Shown one piece after another: positions 56,864-64,000 of a stretch of 64,000 bases of DNA; the first letter of the stretch is position 1; each line of letters begins with the position of its first letter. Position numbers and translations under genes: made by a program. Under the pieces are notes generated by a model, which had not been told where the DNA came from, searched no databases, and saw only the letters and a list, made by a program, of their open reading frames with translations. Origin of the DNA: an uncultured Bacteriovoracaceae bacterium (GTDB lineage Bacteria; Bdellovibrionota; Bacteriovoracia; Bacteriovoracales; Bacteriovoracaceae); assembly GCA_964423165.1 (NCBI GenBank), contig CAYRDP010000007.1, positions 283 through 64,282 of the forward strand, given 5' to 3'.

Positions 56864-57205
56864 ATGGAAAAGAATTGGATTATTCGCACCAGGTCTTTGC
56901 AGATTTTAGGGCCTGTCTCTAAAGAAAAAATTATAGAGCTTATAGATGGTGGAACACTTTCTGAAGAAGATGAGATTTGCCAAGGTAATGGTTACTGGTT
57001 TTTCGTTAGTGAAAAAGATCTTATAGAAAAATATTTAAGAAATAATGAACCTTCAGAGTTTAATCCAATTTCAGAGGCTATTGAAAGTGAAAGGTTAGTA
57101 TTTCAAGCTCCTCTAAAAAATAATGATCCAATAATTCCTGAAAATGAGGATTTGGAGTACCCTGTAATTGGTGAACAGTTATCTGTTTCTAAAAAAAAAA
57201 CTTAA
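56864..57205 (+). CDS. Small GYF_2-like domain protein, terminated just after an A10 tract
   Basis: WIIRTRSLQILGPVSKEKIIELIDGGTLSEEDEICQGNGYWFF resembles the GYF_2 (DUF4339) pattern. The ATG overlaps the mlaD stop (taaATG). Confidence 0.6.
   Translation: MEKNWIIRTRSLQILGPVSKEKIIELIDGGTLSEEDEICQGNGYWFFVSEKDLIEKYLRNNEPSEFNPISEAIESERLVFQAPLKNNDPIIPENEDLEYPVIGEQLSVSKKKT
57191..57200 (+). other. Homopolymeric A10 tract (potential slippage site)
   Basis: Read directly: tct aaaaaaaaaa ctt aac. Adding one A, or a -1 ribosomal shift, joins ORF 56864 to the downstream open frame. Confidence 0.8.
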
Positions 57206-57516
57206 CTTCTGAATTAAGTAAAGAACCTGAAGTAAACACAGAGCCTGAAATAAGTAAAGAACCTAAAGTAAACATAGAACCTAAAGTAAACATAGAACCT
57301 AAAGTAAACATAGAACCTGAAGTAAAGATAGAACCTGAAGTAAAGATAGAACCTGAAGTAAAGATAGGGCCTGAAAAAAATAATGATAGTAATATAAAAT
57401 CAAGAAATAATATTTATATTATTATAGCAATACTCACGATATTTTTATCTGGAGTTTTAGTAAGTATATATTATTATTATACAGTCGTATTAAATAAACC
57501 CTTTCCATTTCTTTAA
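57193..57516 (+). CDS. Start-codon-less open frame: (EPxVxI)n repeats plus C-terminal TM helix; probable frameshifted continuation of 56864-57205
   Basis: Own translation in the -1 frame: KKNLTSELSKEPEVNTEPEISKEPKVNIEPKVNIEPKVNIEPEVKIEPEVKIEPEVKIGPEKNNDSNIKSRNNIYIIIAILTIFLSGVLVSIYYYYTVVLNKPFPFL, stop at 57514-57516. There is no Met in 107 codons. Confidence 0.5.
   Translation, partial: KKNLTSELSKEPEVNTEPEISKEPKVNIEPKVNIEPKVNIEPEVKIEPEVKIEPEVKIGPEKNNDSNIKSRNNIYIIIAILTIFLSGVLVSIYYYYTVVLNKPFPFL
57223..57366 (+). repeat. 18-bp tandem repeat, 8 copies (two subfamilies with 3 identical copies each)
   Basis: gaacctaaagtaaacata x3 (57259-57312) and gaacctgaagtaaagata x3 (57313-57366), preceded by two diverged units. 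Confidence 0.9.
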
Positions 57517-57538
57517 ATTACTTATATTAGAGTAGGTT

Positions 57539-58141
57539 ATGAATGATAATATTTATATTTATCCTACTGATACCGTCTGGGGCATCGGTGCTTCAATTTA
57601 CTCAGAGTCAGGAAATAATTCATTAAGAGAAATTAAAAATAAAGAATGTAATGCCCCTTTATCATTATTATTTGCAGGTAAAGTGATGTTAATGGATTAT
57701 ATTAATTTCCCTGCAACAATTAATTTAGAAAATCTTTTTAAATTGTTTGACTTTGAAATTTCTCTATTGTTGCCAGTCTCATGGATAAAGAAAGATGTTC
57801 CTAAATGGGTTTTATGTGATTCAAAGTATATTTCGATTAGGTTCGTTGAGAATGAGTCAATCTTAAAGATAATAAAAGAGACTCGCTCTCCAATAACAAG
57901 TACAAGTTTAAATTTTTCAAATGAGAAACCCATCACAGACCTATTGTCAGTTAAATCATTCTGTACCAAAGTAGGGAGAAAATATAAGCTAATTGTATTT
58001 GGAGATAATGATCAGAGCTATACGCTTTCCGGTGAAGCGTCAACAATGATAACCTTAAATGAATTAGGCAATAGTAAAATTATTAGAAGAGGATTAAGGA
58101 TACAAGAAATTGAAAAACACCTTTCAGTACTCACAGCCTGA
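57539..58141 (+). CDS. tsaC: L-threonylcarbamoyladenylate synthase (YrdC/TsaC family)
   Basis: IYIYPTDTVWGIGAS matches the YrdC motif PTDTVYG. Its size is typical of the short TsaC form. Confidence 0.7.
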   Translation: MNDNIYIYPTDTVWGIGASIYSESGNNSLREIKNKECNAPLSLLFAGKVMLMDYINFPATINLENLFKLFDFEISLLLPVSWIKKDVPKWVLCDSKYISIRFVENESILKIIKETRSPITSTSLNFSNEKPITDLLSVKSFCTKVGRKYKLIVFGDNDQSYTLSGEASTMITLNELGNSKIIRRGLRIQEIEKHLSVLTA

Positions 58142-58748
58142 TTTTTATCATTTTTCAGAAGATTCTATTTTTTTATCAAAAGCTGTAGCTGATTTTGCAA
58201 ATACATATAATAAATGTAATTTGTCTACGCTTGATTTATGTGCTGGCTCTGGAGTCGTTGGCCTAGAATTATTACACCGAACGGACTTAATAGCTAAAAT
58301 GGATTTTTGTGAGATTCAAAAAACCTTTATTAAGCATCTAAGTAAAAATATTGATTACTATAACTCGATTAACTTAAAAGTAAGCTTTAATATTATAAAT
58401 TCAAGTTTTGAAGCTTTAAATACTGATAGTTTCATAGATAGATATGATCTTATTATCTGTAATCCCCCTTACTTTAAAGAGGGGGCAGGTAAATATTCAT
58501 ACAATAATGAAAGAAATATTTGCCGATTTTTAATGGGAAACACCTTTTTGGATTTAATCTACGCAATTGTTAATAGTTTAAAGCCAAACGGAAATGCTTT
58601 CATTATAGGTAGACTTAATGAAATGGATATAAATAACTACAATTCAGAGCTGCGTCGTAAAAAAATGAATTATAAAATTACTTTATTTAAAAAGTTTAAA
58701 TCGGTTTCAATTTTAAGAGCTGTGCATCTGAATAAAAATGGATGTTAG
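58110..58748 (+). CDS. N6-adenine/small-domain SAM methyltransferase (TrmN6-like)
   Basis: LDLCAGSGVVGLEL (motif I) and DLIICNPPYF (NPPY motif IV). The TTG start overlaps the tsaC end. Confidence 0.55.
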   Translation: MKNTFQYSQPDFYHFSEDSIFLSKAVADFANTYNKCNLSTLDLCAGSGVVGLELLHRTDLIAKMDFCEIQKTFIKHLSKNIDYYNSINLKVSFNIINSSFEALNTDSFIDRYDLIICNPPYFKEGAGKYSYNNERNICRFLMGNTFLDLIYAIVNSLKPNGNAFIIGRLNEMDINNYNSELRRKKMNYKITLFKKFKSVSILRAVHLNKNGC

Positions 58749-59270
58749 AGATTCTTTTAATTCATTATCTGTAATATCTTTTAATTCATGATCTGCAATT
58801 TCTTTCAGCTTCTTATATTGAGGAGAGTACGGATGTAGTTTTGTCGCGACTTTCTTTTCTACAACTTTATTAGGAGAGCATTGTTTTTTCTTGGCATTAA
58901 AATGGCCAATATTGGTTTGAAATTTAATGTGCTTGATTGAAGATCTTAAAACTGGAAACTCTGTAATGACCTTCTTTTTAATTACCTCTTCCATGAATCC
59001 TAGCTGTTGAGAAAAAGCAGAGTGATCAGTTAAGATAGTTAAAGTTCCATAACTGTTTTTCAAAGGGATTGTATGTTTTGCAAGATTTTCACCAACAATT
59101 TTATGCCAATTATTTATTAACGAAATAAAATCAAAAACATCTGTTTTAACACCAGGTTTATAATCTTTTTTGCGTTTTCCTTTATAATAAGGCATTTGCT
59201 TAAAATCGTTAAATAGATTTGAAATTGATTTAAGCATAAGAATGGGCACCGCGTCAGTCGTTAATTCCAT
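58713..59270 (-). CDS. DUF721 (DciA-like) protein
   Basis: WHKIVGENLAKHTIPLKNSYGTLTILTDHSAFSQQLGFMEEVI follows the DUF721 pattern. Confidence 0.5.
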   Translation of the reverse strand: MELTTDAVPILMLKSISNLFNDFKQMPYYKGKRKKDYKPGVKTDVFDFISLINNWHKIVGENLAKHTIPLKNSYGTLTILTDHSAFSQQLGFMEEVIKKKVITEFPVLRSSIKHIKFQTNIGHFNAKKKQCSPNKVVEKKVATKLHPYSPQYKKLKEIADHELKDITDNELKESLTSIFIQMHSS

Positions 59271-59323
59271 TTATTTTGTACTTTGTTTTTGCTATGGTTG
59301 TAAAGCAATTATAGGAGAAATTA

Positions 59324-59995
59324 ATGCAAAGCAAGTCAGTAATCTTTGTTATATACTTAGTAGTAATGGGATGCTCTGGATATAAAATTACTAATAGTAG
59401 CAACCCTCTGTCTGGTTACGGCATTGAGTCTATCTCTGTTCCCGTTTTTATTAATAGAACAATTATTCCAAATATAAGTGGAATATTTACAAAGGAAATA
59501 ATATTAAGCCTATCAAGATATGACAACCTAACAGTATACTCAGGCGAACACTCAAGCTCTGATTCAGTGTTAATTGGTGTTTTGGAATCAAGTAATTTCA
59601 GAGAGGACGTTTATGAATCAACCTCAAAACGATATATTTCAGATGGGACTGACTTAAAAACTTCGATCGGTGATAGAGACGGTTTTTACCTAGGAAGAGA
59701 AACAAAGTATAAATTTAATATTAGATATATTTTAATAAAAAACCCAACCTTTCATGACCTGGAGTTTATTAAATCAAACTTAAATCGTTCAGCAAGTTAT
59801 CATCCTAAAGTTATTTTTCACCGAATTGTTCCTTTGAGTTCTAAGTTTTCCAGAATTCTTGATGGAAATTTAAATGTTGATGATGGTGGAGTAGTTAATT
59901 TCACAAGCTCGCATCGATTATTTCAACTAAGTTTAGAGAAACTAGCAAAGACTTCAGCAATAAATTTCGAAGGAGTTATTTTAAATGCTTTCTAA
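59324..59995 (+). CDS. Lipoprotein, LptE-like by position
   Basis: It has a lipobox (VVMGCSGY) and sits immediately 5' of a holA-like gene, as in the lptE-holA arrangement. Sequence evidence is weak. Confidence 0.4.
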   Translation: MQSKSVIFVIYLVVMGCSGYKITNSSNPLSGYGIESISVPVFINRTIIPNISGIFTKEIILSLSRYDNLTVYSGEHSSSDSVLIGVLESSNFREDVYESTSKRYISDGTDLKTSIGDRDGFYLGRETKYKFNIRYILIKNPTFHDLEFIKSNLNRSASYHPKVIFHRIVPLSSKFSRILDGNLNVDDGGVVNFTSSHRLFQLSLEKLAKTSAINFEGVILNAF

Positions 59996-60947
59996 ATGGA
60001 CACCATGGGAGTTTATTAGAAGTCATGAAAATATCATAGATGTTGGTAGGTTAGGATTATATAGTTTAAATTTTTTTAATCATTATATTGAAAAAATTAT
60101 TTTTAATAAACTATATGGATATATAAATAAAGCAGAACAGTGGGTTTCCTATAATGGAAAAGATATTTCGAGAGAATGGATAGATCGAAATTTACTTTCA
60201 AATGACTTATTTGGAGCATATTCTCATATTATTATTTTTCAGGCAGAATTAATACCACTACAATCAATAGAGATCATAAAAGATTCAGTTCAGCACCTAG
60301 ATAATAGGTTCTTAATACTAACATCAAATATTAAAAATAAAAATTTTGATAAACTATCAAAGATTGAAAAAGTAACCAGTTACAATATTCAAGGCCCTAA
60401 ATTTTGGGAAAAACCTAAAATAATAGATTTTCTTCTAGAAAGTTCAAGTCTATCAATAAGTTATGATGTTAAAAATTATCTAGTACAGACTCTTTCGTCC
60501 GAAATTGAAGATCAAGTAAATGCAATTAACTTACTTTCATTAAATCAAAATACAAATCTTACTTTAGATAAGGTAAAATACTTGATTAAGCCTTCAAAAA
60601 TAGACAATTTTGAACTCTCGGCACTTTATTCAAAGAAAAATTTTACTGCATTTTTTAAAAGAATATTGATTTATTACAATCAATCAGGAAGTCAAGATAT
60701 TGAAGAATTATCTCGTTTTATGCAGAGTCATTTATATAAAATACTTGATATAAGTTATATTGATAAAAAAAGTAGGCCTACTAAATACGATAAAGAAATT
60801 TTACTATATTCAAAATTATGGAATCAAAAAGATATTCTTCAAAGTATGAGAATGTTCGGAGAAATGCAAATACTTGCAAAAACCAAGAACAAAAGGATTT
60901 TAGATTTTATTAGATCTAATTTTTTGCAAGCAAAATCAAATAACTAA
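59985..60947 (+). CDS. holA: DNA polymerase III delta subunit candidate
   Basis: The size (320 aa) and position after the LptE-like lipoprotein fit. I cannot verify motifs by eye. Confidence 0.45.
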   Translation: MLSKWTPWEFIRSHENIIDVGRLGLYSLNFFNHYIEKIIFNKLYGYINKAEQWVSYNGKDISREWIDRNLLSNDLFGAYSHIIIFQAELIPLQSIEIIKDSVQHLDNRFLILTSNIKNKNFDKLSKIEKVTSYNIQGPKFWEKPKIIDFLLESSSLSISYDVKNYLVQTLSSEIEDQVNAINLLSLNQNTNLTLDKVKYLIKPSKIDNFELSALYSKKNFTAFFKRILIYYNQSGSQDIEELSRFMQSHLYKILDISYIDKKSRPTKYDKEILLYSKLWNQKDILQSMRMFGEMQILAKTKNKRILDFIRSNFLQAKSNN

Positions 60948-60953
60948 AAAGTA

Positions 60954-61214
60954 TTAAAGTTTATTTACTTGAGAAGCTAAACGAGAGACTCTTCTAGAAG
61001 AGTTGCCTTTTCTCAAATTTCCAACTTTTGCTAATCTCGATAATAGAGATTGAACTTTTTTTAATAAAATGCTAGCAGCTTCTTTTTCTTTATTCGAAAT
61101 ATTTTCCCTAAGCTTTTTTAATAGACTTCTCATTTCAGAGCTTTGACTCTTTCTTAATTGAGTCTTTGTTTCTGTTTGTCTAATTCTTTTCTTTGCTGAT
61201 TTGTGGTGCGCCAC
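60954..61214 (-). CDS. rpsT: 30S ribosomal protein S20
   Basis: MAHHKSAKKRIRQTETKT... is the canonical S20 N-terminus. The start is GTG. Confidence 0.9.
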   Translation of the reverse strand: MAHHKSAKKRIRQTETKTQLRKSQSSEMRSLLKKLRENISNKEKEAASILLKKVQSLLSRLAKVGNLRKGNSSRRVSRLASQVNKL

Positions 61215-61359
61215 AAGTATCTCCTAGACTGAAATAAGCTCATTTATTGAGCAATATTAATATATAAAAGATCCTTTTATTTCAAAAGCACTAGCTTGAC
61301 AAGTCTTTGATAAAAAATAGGTACTTGTTGCGCATGGCGCGTAATCGAATATCTTGACC

Positions 61360-61388
61360 TTACGTAATATCCAAAGGATATTACGTAA
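61360..61388. promoter_or_regulatory. Perfect 13-N3-13 palindrome (operator candidate) overlapping a TTGACC -35-like box
   Basis: ttacgtaatatcc aaa ggatattacgtaa was read directly. TTGACC at 61354-61359 abuts it, and gatatt lies 17 nt downstream of that box. It is 25 nt upstream of the hbd ATG. Confidence 0.5.
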
Positions 61389-61412
61389 AATTATTACTGA
61401 AGGGAACTATTT

Positions 61413-62261
61413 ATGATTATTTCAAAAATTGGAGTCATAGGTTCAGGTCAAATGGGCCGTGGAATTGCTCAAGTTGCTTCTTTTTCAGGTCACGATGTTT
61501 TCCTATACGATATATCGCTAGAGTCACTAAATAATGCAATAACATTTATTCATTCTCAATTAGATAGGGGAGTGAAAAAAAATAAATGGACAGAAAATGA
61601 AGCTAAGCTTGCAATGAATAAGATTAAATTAGTTAAATCATTAGATGAAATTAGTGAGTGTGATTTAATAATTGAAGCAGCAACAGAGAATAAAAAAATA
61701 AAATTAGAAATATTTGGTCAACTGTCGAAAGTTGTAAATCCAGATTGTATCCTCGCTTCAAACACTTCATCAATTTCAATTACTGAAATAGCTGCGGCAA
61801 CAGATCGCCCAGAAAAAGTAATAGGGATGCACTTTATGAATCCAGTTCCTGTAATGAAGCTAGTTGAGGGAATTAGGGGACTAGAGACTTCTGATAATAC
61901 ATATGAATGTGTGAAGCGTACAGCGGAGAAAATGGGTAAAACTTTTATTGTTGCGAATGATATGCCTGGATTTGCAGTTAATCGTATTTTAATGCCAATG
62001 ATAAATGAAGCTGTTTTTACTTTACAAGAAGGCGTTGCCAGCATTGAGGATATTGATACAGCAATGAAGCTAGGAACGAATGTACCCATGGGCCCACTTG
62101 AACTTGCAGACTTTATTGGTCTTGATACCTGTCTTGCAATAATGAATGTATTATTTGATGGAATTGGAGACTCTAAATACAGGCCATCACCTTTATTAAA
62201 GCAATATGTAGCTTCTGGTAGATTAGGTCGAAAATCAAAGAGAGGGTTTTATGAATATTAA
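61413..62261 (+). CDS. hbd: 3-hydroxybutyryl-CoA dehydrogenase
   Basis: IGVIGSGQMGRGIAQV (NAD fold), SNTSSISIT and HFMNPVPVMKLVE. Confidence 0.9.
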   Translation: MIISKIGVIGSGQMGRGIAQVASFSGHDVFLYDISLESLNNAITFIHSQLDRGVKKNKWTENEAKLAMNKIKLVKSLDEISECDLIIEAATENKKIKLEIFGQLSKVVNPDCILASNTSSISITEIAAATDRPEKVIGMHFMNPVPVMKLVEGIRGLETSDNTYECVKRTAEKMGKTFIVANDMPGFAVNRILMPMINEAVFTLQEGVASIEDIDTAMKLGTNVPMGPLELADFIGLDTCLAIMNVLFDGIGDSKYRPSPLLKQYVASGRLGRKSKRGFYEY

Positions 62262-63057
62262 TAATGACTTTACAACTATTACATTTGAAATTACTGAAGA
62301 TAAAATTGGAATATTGTCAATCAACCGTCCAGAAAAATTAAATGCAATCAATTCTCAAGTCTTAAATGAGTTAAAAGAAATATTGACCCAAATAAAAGAG
62401 AGTAAATTTTCTTTAATTAATGGGCTGATTATTACAGGTGCAGGAGAAAAATCCTTTATTGCAGGAGCAGATATTTTAGAAATGACTAGCTTTAATTCTG
62501 AAAAAGCGAAAGACTTCGCTGAACTAGGGCAAGAAGTGTCACTTTTGATTGAAAACTTACAAATAACAGTGATTGCCGCTGTAAACGGCTTTGCCCTTGG
62601 TGGTGGATGTGAAATGGCATGCTCTGCAGATTTTATTTTTTCTACCCAAAATGCAATTTTTGGTCAGCCTGAGGTTAAACTAGGGTTAATTCCAGGTTTC
62701 GGTGGTACACAAAGACTTGGAAGATTAATTGGTAGAAATAAAGCTAAGGAAATTATTTACACTGGTAGAAATTTTAATAGTGAAGAAGCTATTAGTAATG
62801 GACTTGTTAATGCAGTGTTTGAGACAAAAGAAGAATTAATCATTCATTCAAAAAAAGTGATAAATAAGATATCAAAAAATTCACTATTAGCAGTTTCATT
62901 ATCAAAAGATTCTTTAAATAAGGGAATTGATGAAACTATTATAAAAGGATTAAATTGCGAAAAAGAAAATTTTTCTTTTGTATTTAACTCAAGTGACATG
63001 AAAGAAGGAACAACTGCTTTCTTAGAAAAGAAAAGTCCGAAATTTCAAAATAAATAA
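62251..63057 (+). CDS. crt: Enoyl-CoA hydratase (crotonase)
   Basis: FIAGADI, NGFALGGGCEMA and GQPEVKLGLIPGFGGTQRL. Confidence 0.9.
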   Translation: MNINNDFTTITFEITEDKIGILSINRPEKLNAINSQVLNELKEILTQIKESKFSLINGLIITGAGEKSFIAGADILEMTSFNSEKAKDFAELGQEVSLLIENLQITVIAAVNGFALGGGCEMACSADFIFSTQNAIFGQPEVKLGLIPGFGGTQRLGRLIGRNKAKEIIYTGRNFNSEEAISNGLVNAVFETKEELIIHSKKVINKISKNSLLAVSLSKDSLNKGIDETIIKGLNCEKENFSFVFNSSDMKEGTTAFLEKKSPKFQNK

Positions 63058-63069
63058 ATGGAGACATTC

Positions 63070-64000
63070 ATGATTTTAAGTGATGAACATAAAGAAATAA
63101 AAGAAATGACAGCTAAGTTTTCTGATTTAGAGCTGGCACCAAAAGCAGCTGAAATTGATGAGCAATCTAAAATACCAGAAAGCATTCGACAAAAATTAGT
63201 CGAAAATGGGTTTATGGGAATTTATATTCCAGAAGAATATGGTGGATCTGGAATGGATTATCTATCCTACGCTATAATAATTGAAGAGCTTTCAAGGGGA
63301 TGCGCATCTACGGGAGTATATGTTTCAGCACATTCATCTTTATGTACTTGGCCTATTTTGGCCTACGGAACAGATGAGCAAAAATCTAGGTATTTACCTA
63401 AGTTAGCTTCTGGTGAATTAGTAGGTTGTTTTTGCTTAAGTGAACCAGATGCAGGGTCAGATGCAGCTTCCTTAACCTGTTTTGCTGAAGACAAAGGTGA
63501 TTATTTTGAAATTAGTGGTGCTAAAAATTGGATCACAAATGGAAAAGAAGCAGGTGTTTCTATTGTATTTGCTAAAACAAGAAAAACAGATAATCACAAA
63601 GGAATTTCTGCATTTATTGTAGACACAAGTTTAGAAGGTTTTAATGTGATGAAAAGTGAAAATAAACTTGGTATTAGAGGATCTTCAACAACTCAAATCG
63701 TATTAGATAAAGTGAAAGTCTCAAAGAATAACTTACTTGGTAAAATAGAAAAAGGCTTTAGCATTGCTCTTGCAACATTAGATGGAGGACGTTTGGGAAT
63801 TGCTGCTCAAGCACTAGGTATTGGTGAAGCAGCATTTAGATATGCGAAGCGTTATTCTCAGGAGCGAATTCAATTCGGTGCTCCAATTAGTCAACTTCAA
63901 GCGATTCAATTCATGCTAGCAGACATGAGTGTAGGTTTATCTGCATCTAGACTATTGATTTATGATGGTAGTCAAAAAAAGGACCTGAATCTGCCATTTA
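63070..64000 (+). CDS. Acyl-CoA (butyryl-CoA-type) dehydrogenase, partial (3' end off window)
   Basis: Own translation from ATG 63070: MILSDEHKEIKEMTAKFSDLELAPKAAEIDE...GCFCLSEPDAGSDAAS...NWITNG. The frame is open to the window end. Confidence 0.85.
   Translation, partial: MILSDEHKEIKEMTAKFSDLELAPKAAEIDEQSKIPESIRQKLVENGFMGIYIPEEYGGSGMDYLSYAIIIEELSRGCASTGVYVSAHSSLCTWPILAYGTDEQKSRYLPKLASGELVGCFCLSEPDAGSDAASLTCFAEDKGDYFEISGAKNWITNGKEAGVSIVFAKTRKTDNHKGISAFIVDTSLEGFNVMKSENKLGIRGSSTTQIVLDKVKVSKNNLLGKIEKGFSIALATLDGGRLGIAAQALGIGEAAFRYAKRYSQERIQFGAPISQLQAIQFMLADMSVGLSASRLLIYDGSQKKDLNLPF

Noticed and set aside
1-64000. CRISPR arrays, cas genes, rRNA operons, prophage structural modules
   Set aside because: I saw no regularly spaced direct repeats with unique spacers. 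No ORF has Cas, capsid, tail or terminase hallmarks. The only tandem repeats are short coding or microsatellite repeats, listed above.

Overview
This is an AT-rich Gram-negative chromosome segment. It has many secreted or lipoprotein hydrolases, LRR surface proteins, Mla, ExbBD and LptE. That content resembles predatory Bdellovibrio-like bacteria, but the taxon is inference only. The window splits into two halves. (A) 1-30.3 kb looks accessory or island-like. It holds two divergent LRR lipoprotein genes, an orphan tRNA/tmRNA-like 3' end, XRE regulators and a GC-richer IS66 element (tnpA-tnpB-tnpC). It also holds a complete diversity-generating retroelement (DGR), in the order FGE/C-type-lectin-fold lipoprotein target with VR, HRDC accessory gene, avd, RT, TR. 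The rest of this half is a clan-CD-like peptidase, a sigma54 enhancer-binding protein, a cluster of secreted papain-like peptidases, gene fragments (epimerase, integrase), and tRNA-Pro(GGG) at the boundary. (B) 30.4-64 kb is core housekeeping: fadD, fabH-fabD-fabG-acpP-fabF, glyA, nrdR, nusB, exbBD, alr, aroK, mlaEFD, tsaC, lptE-holA, rpsT and a butyrate-type beta-oxidation operon. Three observations stand out. First, the DGR shows 19 TR/VR differences, all at TR adenines. Second, a CCCGACA motif family appears confined to the accessory half, and two extended copies bracket 24.6 kb. Third, an A10 tract separates a 113-aa ORF from a start-less, tandem-repeat-encoded, membrane-anchored extension. 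No CRISPR array, rRNA gene or phage structural module was seen.
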